NCBI GenBank assembly: GCA_003133815.1
Contig: PKZR01000377.1
Span: 1 to 41,076, forward strand
Direction of reading: 5' to 3'
Length of the DNA: 41,076 nt
Origin: Limisphaerales bacterium
Lineage (GTDB): Bacteria > Verrucomicrobiota > Verrucomicrobiia > Limisphaerales > UBA11358
The notes under the pieces are model-generated. The model saw only the letters and a program-made list of their open reading frames with translations, was not told the origin of the DNA and made no database searches. Both the position numbers and the translations under genes were made by a program. Each line of letters starts with the position of its first letter. Positions within the stretch are counted from its first letter, which is position 1. Positions 24,802-34,193 of this stretch are shown here, in pieces.

Positions 24802-25884
24802 TTAAGTCTGATTTTGTTCCGCGTAATACCGGTAGCGGTTTACCCGATAGACCCACGCGAGCACTTCGGCTACCGCCGCATAGAGCTGAGCAGGAATCTC
24901 GCCACCCACCCGCGCTTGTTTAAACAACATCCGTGCCAGCGGTTTGTTCTCCACCACTGGTATCTGATGTTTGGCCGCAATTTCGCGGATGCTTAGCGCA
25001 TTCAATCTGATGCCCTTGGCCACCACCTTGGGAGCGCGCATCGTTTTACGGTCATATCGCAACGCGATGGCGATGTGCGTGGGGTTGGTGACCACCACAT
25101 CGGCAGTGGGCACCTCCGCCAATTGTTTGGCCTTGCTCTGGGACCGGCGCCGGCGTCTGGCGGATTTGATCTGTGGGTTGCCCTCCGAACTTTTCATTTC
25201 CTCTTTCACTTCATCCTTGGTCATCATCAAATCCTGATGCGTGCGCCACCATTGATAACCGTAGTCCGCAGCGGCGATGACAAGCAGTGCGAGGCTGACG
25301 CGGAGGAAAATTTGCAGGCCGGTCTGGGCCAGAAATTCCGCCATACGCCCCACGCTCACCGCCGTGGTGAAAATGGGGTCGTTTAAAATGGTGCGCACCT
25401 GTGAATAAGTGAGGGCTATGATCACCGCTAGTTTGACAATCGAAACCAGCGACGGCACAGCGCTGCGGAATGAAAATACCCGCTTGAAACCCTCCACCGG
25501 ATTCAATCTGTCCCAATTGGGAGTAAGCGCCTCGGAAGCGGTGTTGAAACGATTTTGGCTGGCACCTGCTAGCAACCCGGCCAGCAAGGTGGCGATAACC
25601 ACGGGGGCAGCGCATTTCAGGAACACCAATGAACCGGCCACGGCATACCCTTGAAGAGCAGTGCTGGTGATGGAGATATCAGCCAGATGGCTGAACGTTA
25701 GTTCCGTGGTGGCTACGAGTTGTTTCCATATTTCCGGTCCGGTAAAGGAAAGGGCGGCCACCGCTCCGAGCAGCACAAAAGCTGTCTGCACCTCCGCGCT
25801 GCGGGCAATCTGACCATGCTTGAGCGCGTCCTCCATCCGCCTCGCTGTTGGTTGCTCCGTTTTTTCGCCGGTTTGTTCGCTCAT
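24802..25884 (-). CDS. flhB: flagellar export switch protein FlhB
   Basis: MSEQTGEKTEQPTARRMEDALKHGQIARS...VVVTNPTHIAIALRY (NPTH autocleavage site). I chose the ATG at 25884. The track start at 25947 is a TTG with a non-homologous 21-aa extension. Confidence 0.9.
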   Translation of the reverse strand: MSEQTGEKTEQPTARRMEDALKHGQIARSAEVQTAFVLLGAVAALSFTGPEIWKQLVATTELTFSHLADISITSTALQGYAVAGSLVFLKCAAPVVIATLLAGLLAGASQNRFNTASEALTPNWDRLNPVEGFKRVFSFRSAVPSLVSIVKLAVIIALTYSQVRTILNDPIFTTAVSVGRMAEFLAQTGLQIFLRVSLALLVIAAADYGYQWWRTHQDLMMTKDEVKEEMKSSEGNPQIKSARRRRRSQSKAKQLAEVPTADVVVTNPTHIAIALRYDRKTMRAPKVVAKGIRLNALSIREIAAKHQIPVVENKPLARMLFKQARVGGEIPAQLYAAVAEVLAWVYRVNRYRYYAEQNQT

Positions 25885-25966
25885 AAACAAATCCGTTTCT
25901 TTCCCCTCGTCATGAATGGGTTTTTTCGAAGACGAGAACGGGAACAATAATATGAAAGAATATTAT

Positions 25967-26731
25967 TCATCGCGTTCCCATAAGTTGTCCGAGATTCAAC
26001 AGATCGTCTGGCAGGCGGTTGAGGAAATTAATTACATGTTGTGCCGTAAGCTGCAATGTGAAGCCGAAGACCACCAGTCCGGCAACGATGCGGAAGGAAA
26101 AGCTCAAAATGAACACGTTCATCTGAGGCACGGCTCGGCTCAATACGCCAAACACGACGGTGACCACAAACGACACTGCCAGCACCGGCGCGGAAATTTG
26201 CAGTGCCACCACGAAGATGTTGCTGATCTGGTTGAGAACGACATTGAACAATTCGCCGTTCAAATGTGCGCCGCCGATGGGCAGCACGGAATAAGTGCGT
26301 TGAAAGCCGATCAAAATCCAGTGATGTAAATCCATAGTCAGCATTACCACCGCCGCCAGAAAAAATAAAATCGTTCCCGGCACTTGCGAGGACATTCCAG
26401 TCATTGGATCCATAATCGCGCCCATGTTCAGACCCAGTTCACTGGCGATGACGTTGCCGGCAAGGTCAACCGCATAAAAAACCATCCGAGCCACGAAGCC
26501 TAGCAGCAGCCCTATTGACGCCTCTTGGACCATCGCACCGAAAAGTGAAAAAAACGGCAGCTTATCCACATGGAATGGCGGTAGCGTTGGCGCGAGCAGC
26601 AACGCGGTCAACGCCGACAGCGCGACGCGCATCGTGGCCGGAAAATTGGTCATCGAAAAAAACGGCAGCACAAGCAGGAAAGCGCCAACGCGCATGAACA
26701 CGAGCATCCAGTTATAAAAATCTATTTCCAT
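25967..26731 (-). CDS. fliR: flagellar export apparatus protein FliR
   Basis: 254-aa polytopic membrane protein (MEIDFYNWMLVFMRVGAFLLVLPFF...) between fliQ and flhB. Confidence 0.9.
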   Translation of the reverse strand: MEIDFYNWMLVFMRVGAFLLVLPFFSMTNFPATMRVALSALTALLLAPTLPPFHVDKLPFFSLFGAMVQEASIGLLLGFVARMVFYAVDLAGNVIASELGLNMGAIMDPMTGMSSQVPGTILFFLAAVVMLTMDLHHWILIGFQRTYSVLPIGGAHLNGELFNVVLNQISNIFVVALQISAPVLAVSFVVTVVFGVLSRAVPQMNVFILSFSFRIVAGLVVFGFTLQLTAQHVINFLNRLPDDLLNLGQLMGTR

Positions 26732-26803
26732 TTCATTTTTTGCCTCATTCTCGTTCTCACCTTCAATTTGTTTTCAATTATGAGGGCGCAGGACGGCAGG
26801 AAT

Positions 26804-27073
26804 TTATTGCACCATCTCCGGCATTTTCTGGATAACCGCGATGGTGAATTCCACCATCGTCCTCACAATCCATGGCAATAACACCAGCAGCACGGCAATT
26901 ACTGCCAGCGCCTTGGGCACAAATGTCATTGTTTGTTCGTTGATTGACGTGACGGCCTGAAACAGGCTGACGGCCAGCCCGACAACCATGGCCGTGGCCA
27001 GCAGCGGGGCGGCAATCATCAATCCCTGGTAAATCATGGTTTTAAGCAGTTCAATGGCAAATTCCGCGTTCAT
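26804..27073 (-). CDS. fliQ: flagellar export apparatus protein FliQ
   Basis: 89 aa. ...GLMIAAPLLATAMVVGLAVSLFQAVTSINEQTMTFVPK.... Confidence 0.9.
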   Translation of the reverse strand: MNAEFAIELLKTMIYQGLMIAAPLLATAMVVGLAVSLFQAVTSINEQTMTFVPKALAVIAVLLVLLPWIVRTMVEFTIAVIQKMPEMVQ

Positions 27074-27091
27074 ATATTTTTATTTGTTGAG

Positions 27092-27880
27092 TTACATTCC
27101 AAAACTGTGGACAAGCGAGGTCACGATCAGCGACCAGCCATCCACGAGCACGAACAGGAGCAGTTTCAGCGGCAACGAAAAAACCGTGGGCGGCATCATC
27201 ATCATGCCCATGCTCATCAGCACGGTGGCGACGACGAGGTCAATCAGGATAAAGGGAACAAAAATTAGAAAGCCCATTTGAAATGCCGTGCGAAGTTCGC
27301 TGATAATAAAACCTGGAATCACAACGCGTAGCGGCAAATCATCAGGTTTCGTCGGTTGCAATTTCGCCATTTGTGCAAATAATTCAACATCCTTCGGGCG
27401 GGCCTGTTGGAGCATGAAAGTTCGTATATGTGCCGATGCCCGGTCCATTGCCTGCTGGCTGTTGATTTGGTTCGCCTGATACGGAGTGAGCGCATCGTTC
27501 TGAATACCATCCCAGACCGGTGCCATGATGAACATCGTTAGAAACAGCGAAAGGCCGACTATGATTTGGTTGGCGGGTGTGCCTTGCAATTGCAGTGCGG
27601 TGCGCACAAACGAGAGCACAATCACGATGCGCGTGAAGCAGGTCATCAGCAGGAGAATCGAAGGTGCCAGCGTCAACAGAGTGAGCACGGCCAGGACCTT
27701 GACGCTGGCGTCCACGTCCTGCGGGCCGTTGTTCGTGCCAAGCGTAATTTGAACGGGACCGAAGCCGGTGGTGATGTTGGTCTGCGCCGACGCCCCCATG
27801 ATGCCGGCGCACAAAAAAACAAGCAGAACCGCAACCCAGCGATAGTGGCCAGATTTTTTAATTTTGCTCGGCTCGTTCAT
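27092..27880 (-). CDS. fliP: flagellar export apparatus protein FliP
   Basis: 262 aa. ...LLTLAPSILLLMTCFTRIVIVLSFVRTALQLQGTPANQIIVGLSLFLTMFIMAPV...FMLQQ...VIPGFIISELRTAFQMGFLIFVPFILIDLVVATVLMSMGMMM. Confidence 0.95.
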   Translation of the reverse strand: MNEPSKIKKSGHYRWVAVLLVFLCAGIMGASAQTNITTGFGPVQITLGTNNGPQDVDASVKVLAVLTLLTLAPSILLLMTCFTRIVIVLSFVRTALQLQGTPANQIIVGLSLFLTMFIMAPVWDGIQNDALTPYQANQINSQQAMDRASAHIRTFMLQQARPKDVELFAQMAKLQPTKPDDLPLRVVIPGFIISELRTAFQMGFLIFVPFILIDLVVATVLMSMGMMMMPPTVFSLPLKLLLFVLVDGWSLIVTSLVHSFGM

Positions 27881-28335
27881 TTGCCTTTGAGCACCTGCGC
27901 CAGTGCTTGGGAAAACGGAATGGCCGGTTTCGACTCTGCGCTTTCAGGATCATTGCCTGCAGTTGGCAGATGAGTCAGAAAGTTTACACCGGCTGGTGAT
28001 GACGCGAGTAGAAAACGTTCCTGTTCGTAACCCACAACATAAATTGACTGCCGTCCGCCCAATGAACGAATTTCCAAAACATTCAGCTTTGGCGCGTGAC
28101 CACGCTCAATGGATAGCCGCTGCCAATTACGGAGCAACCAGACTCCGGCAAGGAAAAGCCCGATTACCAGCGCCAAAGCACCCGTTACGCGCAGCAGCGA
28201 CACGCCAATGTCCGGGGTTGAAAGCGCAGGAGCAATCGGCGAAGCGGCTGCGGAATTTATTGTTTCAGCAAATGAAGAATGAAAAATAAAAAATGAAAAA
28301 GCCAGCATGGTGGTTCTGAGTGGGAGTTTTTTCAT
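27877..28335 (-). CDS. fliO: flagellar protein FliO (FliZ of Bacillus)
   Basis: 152 aa with a single TM segment (LLRVTGALALVIGLFLAGVWLL), then ...LNVLEIRSLGGRQSIYVVGYEQERFLLASSPAGVNFL. It sits between fliN and fliP and overlaps the fliP start. Confidence 0.7.
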   Translation of the reverse strand: MKKLPLRTTMLAFSFFIFHSSFAETINSAAASPIAPALSTPDIGVSLLRVTGALALVIGLFLAGVWLLRNWQRLSIERGHAPKLNVLEIRSLGGRQSIYVVGYEQERFLLASSPAGVNFLTHLPTAGNDPESAESKPAIPFSQALAQVLKGK

Positions 28336-28364
28336 TTTGCATTTGTCCTTTCTTCATTTGCTGT

Positions 28365-28634
28365 TTAAGCGGCGATTGCGTTGGCGCTGCCGACGACCTC
28401 GGTGATTTTCACGCCGAAACGGTCTTCTATCACGACAACTTCGCCGCGGGCGATGAGCTTGCCGTTGACACTCAATTCCACCGGGGCATCGGCTGGTTTG
28501 TCGAGCTGGACGACGGAGCCGATGTTGAGCTGGAGCACTTCCTTCATCGCGAGCTGGCAACTGCCCAGCTCGATGGTGAGGCTGACCGGCACGTCAAGCA
28601 CGAGGTTTAAATTGGCGGGATTGGTGGCGTTCAT
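28365..28634 (-). CDS. fliN: flagellar motor switch protein FliN (SpoA domain only)
   Basis: 89 aa. LNLVLDVPVSLTIELGSCQLAMKEVLQLNIGSVVQLDKPADAPVELSVNGKLIARGEVVVIEDRFGVKITEV. Confidence 0.9.
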   Translation of the reverse strand: MNATNPANLNLVLDVPVSLTIELGSCQLAMKEVLQLNIGSVVQLDKPADAPVELSVNGKLIARGEVVVIEDRFGVKITEVVGSANAIAA

Positions 28635-28638
28635 GGTA

Positions 28639-29619
28639 TTAAGCGGGAACGGAATTTGTCAATTCAACGGCCCAGTTGCCCGAGCGCGTGCCGGGTCGGC
28701 CGATGAATTTTGGAACTTTGTTAAATCTTATCTGCACTTGACCGGCGCATTGGGCATCCAACATCAGCACATTGCCTTCTTTGAGGTGAGCAATGTCTCC
28801 TGTAGAAAGCTTTAGGCCTTGCCATTCGGCCACCACCGGCACCCGCACGTCATCAAAATCAGAATTCCATTTCGGGCGCACTGCGGCGGCAGACATCACA
28901 TCTGTTTCCGGCAGTCCAGCGGGTGCGAGCAGGCGCATGAGCGGTTCCACTGTGGCGTAGGGAAACGCGAGTTGAACCGGTTCCAACTGGTCGCTCAAGC
29001 CGGTGTTGAGCGTGATGATGAGCATGGCGCTTTCGGGCGTGGCGGTTTGAAGGAACCGGCTGTTGTTTTCGTGGCCGAGATAAGACGGGCGCAACTCTCG
29101 TATCTCAGGCCAGTGTGCGCACCATTCGTTCACAAACAATTGCGCCACCTGGTCTATCAGCGCCACTTCGATCTCGCTCAACTCGCGCGCGGCGTCAGGC
29201 ATCTTGCCGGAGCCTCCCAACATCCGGTCCACAAGGCTCAAACCGAGTCGTGGCGGGATGGCCAGCAGCCCTACGCCTTTGAGCGGGTCAACCTTGAACA
29301 GCGTGATATGCGTTGGGTTGGGCAGGCTTTCGGTGAATTTCAAGTAGCCCACTATCTGTAACTTGGCCAGTTGTAGCGTGAATTCCAGCCGCAGGAATAT
29401 CGCCAGTCGCGCTGCAAGCGACCGCACAAATTGTTCGTGCCGCTGCCGGATGCGGCGCAGTTCGCTTGGTGCCAGAAACCCTGACTGTCGGAAATCGTAG
29501 TTGCGAATTTCACCGGCCTTGCGATTTTCGCGCACGCCCAGTGATGTTAACACTGTCACGTCGGCCAATGGTGGATTTCCGATTTCTGACTTCGGGTTTT
29601 CTGGGTCGGCGTTGTTCAT
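28639..29619 (-). CDS. fliM: flagellar motor switch protein FliM
   Basis: 326 aa. IRNYDFRQ...RIRQRHEQFVRSLAARL...LVDRMLGGSG...VVAEWQGLKLSTGDIAHLKEGNVLML. Confidence 0.9.
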   Translation of the reverse strand: MNNADPENPKSEIGNPPLADVTVLTSLGVRENRKAGEIRNYDFRQSGFLAPSELRRIRQRHEQFVRSLAARLAIFLRLEFTLQLAKLQIVGYLKFTESLPNPTHITLFKVDPLKGVGLLAIPPRLGLSLVDRMLGGSGKMPDAARELSEIEVALIDQVAQLFVNEWCAHWPEIRELRPSYLGHENNSRFLQTATPESAMLIITLNTGLSDQLEPVQLAFPYATVEPLMRLLAPAGLPETDVMSAAAVRPKWNSDFDDVRVPVVAEWQGLKLSTGDIAHLKEGNVLMLDAQCAGQVQIRFNKVPKFIGRPGTRSGNWAVELTNSVPA

Positions 29620-30155
29620 TGAATGGCGAATTCGGTCAGGTAAATTTCCTGCACTTCATCGGTGCCAAGGATGTTGTTGAAACCGGCAAGCAGTTCGGTA
29701 CGGATAAGATTGCGTTCGTCGGGTTTTTCAAGATCGGTCAGGGTTTTGGCGGAAAGGGCGCTGGTGACCATGTCGCGCAAGGCTGGGTCGTTGTCGGTCA
29801 TTTTTTGTTGAAAGCCGGGATCGGTGCTGACCACGGACAGGCTGGTGAGTAGGTAGCGCGAGCCCATCGTGCCGGCGATGTTGACGAGGAGCTTGTCCAT
29901 GGCGACCGTTATTTTTTTTGCGCCGGGATTTTCGGTTTTGGATTTGGTGCCGGAGTCAGTGGTGGTGGTTGTGACGCCTAGGCTTTTTTGGATTTGCGGC
30001 AGCAGAACGAAATTCGTCATGGCGTACGCGATCACCGGCATGAGGACGAAGGTGATGATGAGCGGCACCCACGCTGAGAAGCCGCCCCCGGCTTTGGGCG
30101 CGGGCGTGAGTGTTTCAGCAGTGGCGGGTGCATCGTCTGTGGGATTGGCTGGCAT
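29616..30155 (-). CDS. fliL: flagellar basal-body-associated protein FliL
   Basis: 179 aa with one TM segment, then ...DKLLVNIAG...RYLLTSLSVV...LRDMVTSALSAKTLTDLE...LRTELLAGFNNILG...VQEIYLTEFAIQ. Confidence 0.8.
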   Translation of the reverse strand: MPANPTDDAPATAETLTPAPKAGGGFSAWVPLIITFVLMPVIAYAMTNFVLLPQIQKSLGVTTTTTDSGTKSKTENPGAKKITVAMDKLLVNIAGTMGSRYLLTSLSVVSTDPGFQQKMTDNDPALRDMVTSALSAKTLTDLEKPDERNLIRTELLAGFNNILGTDEVQEIYLTEFAIQ

Positions 30156-30183
30156 GGGAGATTAGCGATTAAAATTTTTGAAA

Positions 30184-31020
30184 TTAGCGCTTGAGATTGA
30201 TCAGGTCCTGCAAAACCTCGTCGCTGGTGGTGACCATTTTGGCGTTGGCTTCAAAATCGCGCTGGGCTGTTATCAAGTCGGACATTTGTGTGGCCAAATC
30301 CACATTGGATGATTCGAGCGCGCCGGATTGTATCTGGCCTAGGCCGCTGGAATTGGCCGCGACAGGCGCAGCCAGCGCTCCGGCGGCAGTGGAGTAGGTA
30401 TAAAGATTGTCACCTTGGCTTACCAAGGCCTGTGGATTGCTGAAGTTTTGCAGCACCACTTGTCCAATGACTCCGCTGGTGCCGTCGCTCAAAGTGGCGT
30501 TAATCTGTCCAGACGTGTTGATGCTATAGTTGGTGAGGGTCGGTGCGGGGCTCGTGGTGTCGTTGAGTGCGGTTATGGCGGTGGCGGTGTTGATTTGGAT
30601 GTCGCCGATGGTGCTGGTGCTGGAGCCGGTATAACCCTGGACGCGTTGACCGTTGGCTGTAACCAGATAACCGCTTGCGTCGAGATTAAATTCGCCGTCG
30701 CGCGTGACGTAGGATGCGCTGGTGGAGGAATCTTTGACAACAAAATAGCCGCTTCCATTGATGGCCATGTCCGCCGTGTTGCCGGTGCTGTTGATAGTGC
30801 CTTGGCTATCGTCTGAGTTGATGGCACCGGTGGTGACGCCTTCACCGACCTGCATGGGATTTGTGCCATTTGACAAGCTTTGGCTAAGCTCGTTCTCAAA
30901 ATCCATGCTCTGGCTCTTGTAGCCGTTGGTATTGACGTTGGCGATGTTGTTGCCGATGACTTGGAGATCCTCCTGAAACTGTTGGAGGCCGCTGACACCT
31001 GTTTGAAGTGAACCGATCAT
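30184..31020 (-). CDS. flgE: flagellar hook protein FlgE (short, Bacillus-type)
   Basis: 278 aa. MIGSLQTGVSGLQQFQEDLQVIGNNIANVNTNGYK...GALESSNVDLATQMSDLITAQRDFEANAKMV. It lies directly after flgD. Confidence 0.85.
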   Translation of the reverse strand: MIGSLQTGVSGLQQFQEDLQVIGNNIANVNTNGYKSQSMDFENELSQSLSNGTNPMQVGEGVTTGAINSDDSQGTINSTGNTADMAINGSGYFVVKDSSTSASYVTRDGEFNLDASGYLVTANGQRVQGYTGSSTSTIGDIQINTATAITALNDTTSPAPTLTNYSINTSGQINATLSDGTSGVIGQVVLQNFSNPQALVSQGDNLYTYSTAAGALAAPVAANSSGLGQIQSGALESSNVDLATQMSDLITAQRDFEANAKMVTTSDEVLQDLINLKR

Positions 31021-31045
31021 ATAATTGTGTGGTTATGGGTTTAGT

Positions 31046-31501
31046 TTATTGTGTCGAAGGTGTAGATGTTGAAGGTGGCGTAACTGAAAGCAACTGACTG
31101 AGGCTGTAGGACTGGCCATTAACGACGATTTGCGCCGTGCCGGACGAGGTGTTCACACCGCTGACGATACCTTGCGTCGTGTCGCCGTTTGAATCGGTCT
31201 GTAAATTAACCTGCGATCCAATCAGGGAGTTGGCTTCCGAGAAGGTCTGACCGCCTGCCATCTGGCCTAGGTCGGTTTGCGTGGTGGTGTTGCTCGCCAA
31301 CGTACTGAATCCAACCATTTGCGACAGCAAATCCTGATTAGTCTCCGGGTTCAGCGGATCCTGCGAGGTCATTTGTGTGACCAGAAGATTGAGGAAATCC
31401 TGTTCCGACAGCGTTTGAGATGTCGCCGATGTAATGGCATTGGCGGTTGATTGTGAGTTCGCTGCGGCGGTGGAGTTGATGGATGATATGGTGGATGACA
31501 T
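31046..31501 (-). CDS. flgD: flagellar hook capping/assembly protein FlgD
   Basis: 151 aa. ...LSEQDFLNLLVTQMTSQDPLNPETNQDLLSQMVGFSTL.... Confidence 0.85.
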   Translation of the reverse strand: MSSTISSINSTAAANSQSTANAITSATSQTLSEQDFLNLLVTQMTSQDPLNPETNQDLLSQMVGFSTLASNTTTQTDLGQMAGGQTFSEANSLIGSQVNLQTDSNGDTTQGIVSGVNTSSGTAQIVVNGQSYSLSQLLSVTPPSTSTPSTQ

Positions 31502-31507
31502 ATAATT

Positions 31508-33103
31508 TTAAGCCCAAGTTTCCCAATTGAGTGCCAAGGTTACGGAGGCGGAAGCCGTGGCTGTGGCCGTGGGCAAACCAGGAACCAACACCGCAGGCGC
31601 TTCCACCTGTTCGGCATCGTCCCCGGCAGTTTGGCCGTTGGGGGTGGTGGGTTGTCGGAAGCCTTCGCTTCCGCCTCCAAAAAAATGTTCCGCGCACGAC
31701 AGCGGCGCGACTCGCACGCCACGGGCTTCAAGCTGCTGCTGTAATTCCGGCCAGTGCCGGTTAAGCAGGTCGAAATTCCCGCGATCCAAAATTGCACGCA
31801 CTTCCACGCCGTCGTTGCGCTGCTGAAGATTGAGAGATAACTGTGTGCCGGCGTCCGGTTTGATCACAAGACGCAGTTCATCCGCGCCATTTTCGTGCAA
31901 ACGCACAACTTCCAAGGCCAACATTTCTCTCGTCCGTTCCAGTGCTGGCGTGCCGATGGAGACGGACTGATCTGTATTTAATGCTTCCTGGGAAACGGTT
32001 TTGGCAGCGGCGGCATTCGGCGGCATTCCGGTACTAATCGCTAAAACCGGATCGCTGCTGTTTTTTAATGGCGCGGGCTCATCTGCATGATCCAAATGCC
32101 CCGACACATTTCCCCCGGCGGCAGACGCAACCGTGCTCGGAAACTTTTGCTTAGTTGCCTCGGTAAAACTTGTCTTTTTTGCCGACATTTTCATGCTCAT
32201 GTCTTGTTGAGCAACAGGTGTGCCATCGTTCAACTTTAAGGAATCCGGTATTCCATCCCAAACCGCACTGGAACCGACACTGATAATGATTGTCGCCGGT
32301 TGTTTTTGATTTTCACCCATATTTTCCATGGCTGGAGCTGTAAATACCTCGTCGGATTTAGCGGTAGGTGACGACAATGATTTTTCGTCGTCTTGCGGAT
32401 TAAAAATTTCCGTCAAGGCGGCTTTGTTGCCGGACTCGGCAGATTTTTCCGGGGGCGTGGACAAAATTAACTGATTCCTGATTGATGCGGATTGTGAATC
32501 TGCCGGCTTGAAGTTTTGGCCGTTTTGAACCGTTGCAGCTGATTTTGAATTGGCCGTGCTCAAAAGTTGTGCCGCACGCGAGAGAGAAGACAAGTTTCCA
32601 TTGACCCGTTTTTTTGTGTCAAAACAAACGGCAATGTTGCCGGCCGATTTTTCTTCCGTCTCCGGTTGCGATTTTGGCGGATTGCCATCGGCATTTTTCG
32701 TGATGATGGCAGGCGATTGCACATTGGATAATTCGGCGACAACCGGAACTGTGTAATCCAATGGAACCGTAGTGTCTGTGCCAGGAGCGAAATCGGATTT
32801 GATTTGTAATCTGACCGCAGCCGGGTTGCGTTTGGAAACTGGGCTGGCTTTGTCTGAATCAGTTATGCCGGTTTCACCATTTTTGGCGAATGGCTCAGAA
32901 GATTGCCGGGCAGCAGACAACGGGCAATTGCCAATTGTAATGGTGGTGACCTGCAAATTTTCGGAAGGGCAATGCCCCGAGAGGCGTTCCATGACGGATT
33001 GAAATTTTTCCGCCGGAAGCTGCGACAACGGAACGGCAGTTGGTTTTGGATTCGCCGATGAATCGCTGCCAACTGAAGATGGAATGGCTTTAAGAGTGGA
33101 CAT
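31508..33103 (-). CDS. fliK: flagellar hook-length control protein FliK
   Basis: 531 aa. The N-terminus is low-complexity. The C-terminus has a Flg_hook-type domain (...LRLVIKPDAGTQLSLNLQQRNDGVEVRAILDRGNFDLLNRHWPELQQQLEARGVRV). It lies before flgD. Confidence 0.8.
   Translation of the reverse strand: MSTLKAIPSSVGSDSSANPKPTAVPLSQLPAEKFQSVMERLSGHCPSENLQVTTITIGNCPLSAARQSSEPFAKNGETGITDSDKASPVSKRNPAAVRLQIKSDFAPGTDTTVPLDYTVPVVAELSNVQSPAIITKNADGNPPKSQPETEEKSAGNIAVCFDTKKRVNGNLSSLSRAAQLLSTANSKSAATVQNGQNFKPADSQSASIRNQLILSTPPEKSAESGNKAALTEIFNPQDDEKSLSSPTAKSDEVFTAPAMENMGENQKQPATIIISVGSSAVWDGIPDSLKLNDGTPVAQQDMSMKMSAKKTSFTEATKQKFPSTVASAAGGNVSGHLDHADEPAPLKNSSDPVLAISTGMPPNAAAAKTVSQEALNTDQSVSIGTPALERTREMLALEVVRLHENGADELRLVIKPDAGTQLSLNLQQRNDGVEVRAILDRGNFDLLNRHWPELQQQLEARGVRVAPLSCAEHFFGGGSEGFRQPTTPNGQTAGDDAEQVEAPAVLVPGLPTATATASASVTLALNWETWA
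32211..32225 (-). promoter_or_regulatory. intragenic perfect sigma-54 core match (TGGCAC-N5-TTGC) inside fliK
   Basis: The minus strand reads TGGCACacctgTTGCtcaacaagacATGagcATGaaaATG. In-frame ATGs at 32200, 32194 and 32188 follow it. Confidence 0.3.
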
Positions 33104-33711
33104 CAGGGTGATGATTTGGTTTCGGAGGCATCTGGAGGCAAAACCATCCGCAATCGCTCAGTAATTTGGGCGGCATATTTTGCTCCGTCGTCGCTCCGCT
33201 TGCTCAACGAGTCGAGCAGCAGACTGGCTTCGTCGGGTTTCATCACCGCAAGCAGTCGCACGACGTCGTCATCGGACATTTGGGCGATCATCCGTGCCGC
33301 ACCTTCCGGCGACATGGCTGCGATTACCTTGGACTGCTGCTTGAGATTGATCATTTCCTGCGACTTGAGGCGGAGGACGTTCCGGTCAAAATCCGCCTGC
33401 AATTGGTAGACCGTCTGTGTGGCCGTTGAAAATTCCTGGCGCTCGGCATCCAACCGCGTTTGCAATTCCTGCAACTGCTGTGTGCGCTCGTCCAAGTCGC
33501 TCTTTTCCATTTTCAATTCTGCGACCCACTGTGCAAATTCTGGATTCTTGAATTTCCACGACGGGTCGTTGTCCGGCGTCAATTTGGCCTCGGTGAGCAT
33601 GGCGCGGACGCCGACGAATTGTGCGGGTCGGATCAGCAGCGCCGTAGTGCCCAAATAAATCAGGCAGCCCAAGATGGCGACCATCCACGAAGATGTAAGC
33701 CAGCGTGTCAT
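33103..33711 (-). CDS. membrane-anchored coiled-coil protein with an MgtE-N-like domain (YlxF/MotE-type flagellar protein)
   Basis: 202 aa with an N-terminal TM segment and a coiled coil, then ...MSPEGAARMIAQMSDDDVVRLLAVMKPDEASLLLDSL. It occupies the ylxF position between fliJ and fliK. Confidence 0.65.
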   Translation of the reverse strand: MTRWLTSSWMVAILGCLIYLGTTALLIRPAQFVGVRAMLTEAKLTPDNDPSWKFKNPEFAQWVAELKMEKSDLDERTQQLQELQTRLDAERQEFSTATQTVYQLQADFDRNVLRLKSQEMINLKQQSKVIAAMSPEGAARMIAQMSDDDVVRLLAVMKPDEASLLLDSLSKRSDDGAKYAAQITERLRMVLPPDASETKSSP

Positions 33712-34190
33712 ATTTTTTCCATTAATGTCGGGACAGATTCACTTTGATCGGATGCCGATGAATTAAGCCGCAGTCCCATTTCGTCCAATTCCTTTTGTTC
33801 ATCGCGTTGCACATCATTGTCGTAGGCGCGCCGGAATTTATCGCGCAACTGGTCGAGAGCCTTGCGTTCCCGGGTGGCCACCGACATTTCATGCCAAGCT
33901 TCCTGGGCGGCGAGTTGGGCGGCTTTCAGTGCGGCTGTCAGTTGCTCACAACGCTGTTCAATTTCACCGCACCAAGCTCGTGTTTGATGCAATTTCGAGA
34001 AAGTCGCTCCATCGGCAACCTCCTCGCAAAAGGCCGTCCACGACGTGGACAATTCAAGGAACCCTGCATCTAGTTTTGCTGCGGCTTCGTCAGTGGCACG
34101 CAACGCCTCGACATAACGTTTTTGCGCGACTCGCTCTTTTTGCTCTCGCAGCAGGCGCAGTGGCTGAAGGGAAAAGCGAAATGCTTTCAT
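33708..34190 (-). CDS. fliJ: flagellar export protein FliJ
   Basis: 160-aa coiled-coil protein (MKAFRFSLQPLRLLREQKERVAQKRY...) directly after fliI. Confidence 0.75.
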   Translation of the reverse strand: MKAFRFSLQPLRLLREQKERVAQKRYVEALRATDEAAAKLDAGFLELSTSWTAFCEEVADGATFSKLHQTRAWCGEIEQRCEQLTAALKAAQLAAQEAWHEMSVATRERKALDQLRDKFRRAYDNDVQRDEQKELDEMGLRLNSSASDQSESVPTLMEKI

Positions 34191-34193
34191 AAT

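Noticed and set aside
30184-31020. The hook protein FlgE seemed anomalously short (278 aa, against about 400 aa in enterobacteria).
   Set aside because: Bacillus-type FlgE proteins are of similar length, and the rest of the locus follows the Bacillus layout. The N- and C-terminal rod/hook motifs are intact, so this is not a truncation.
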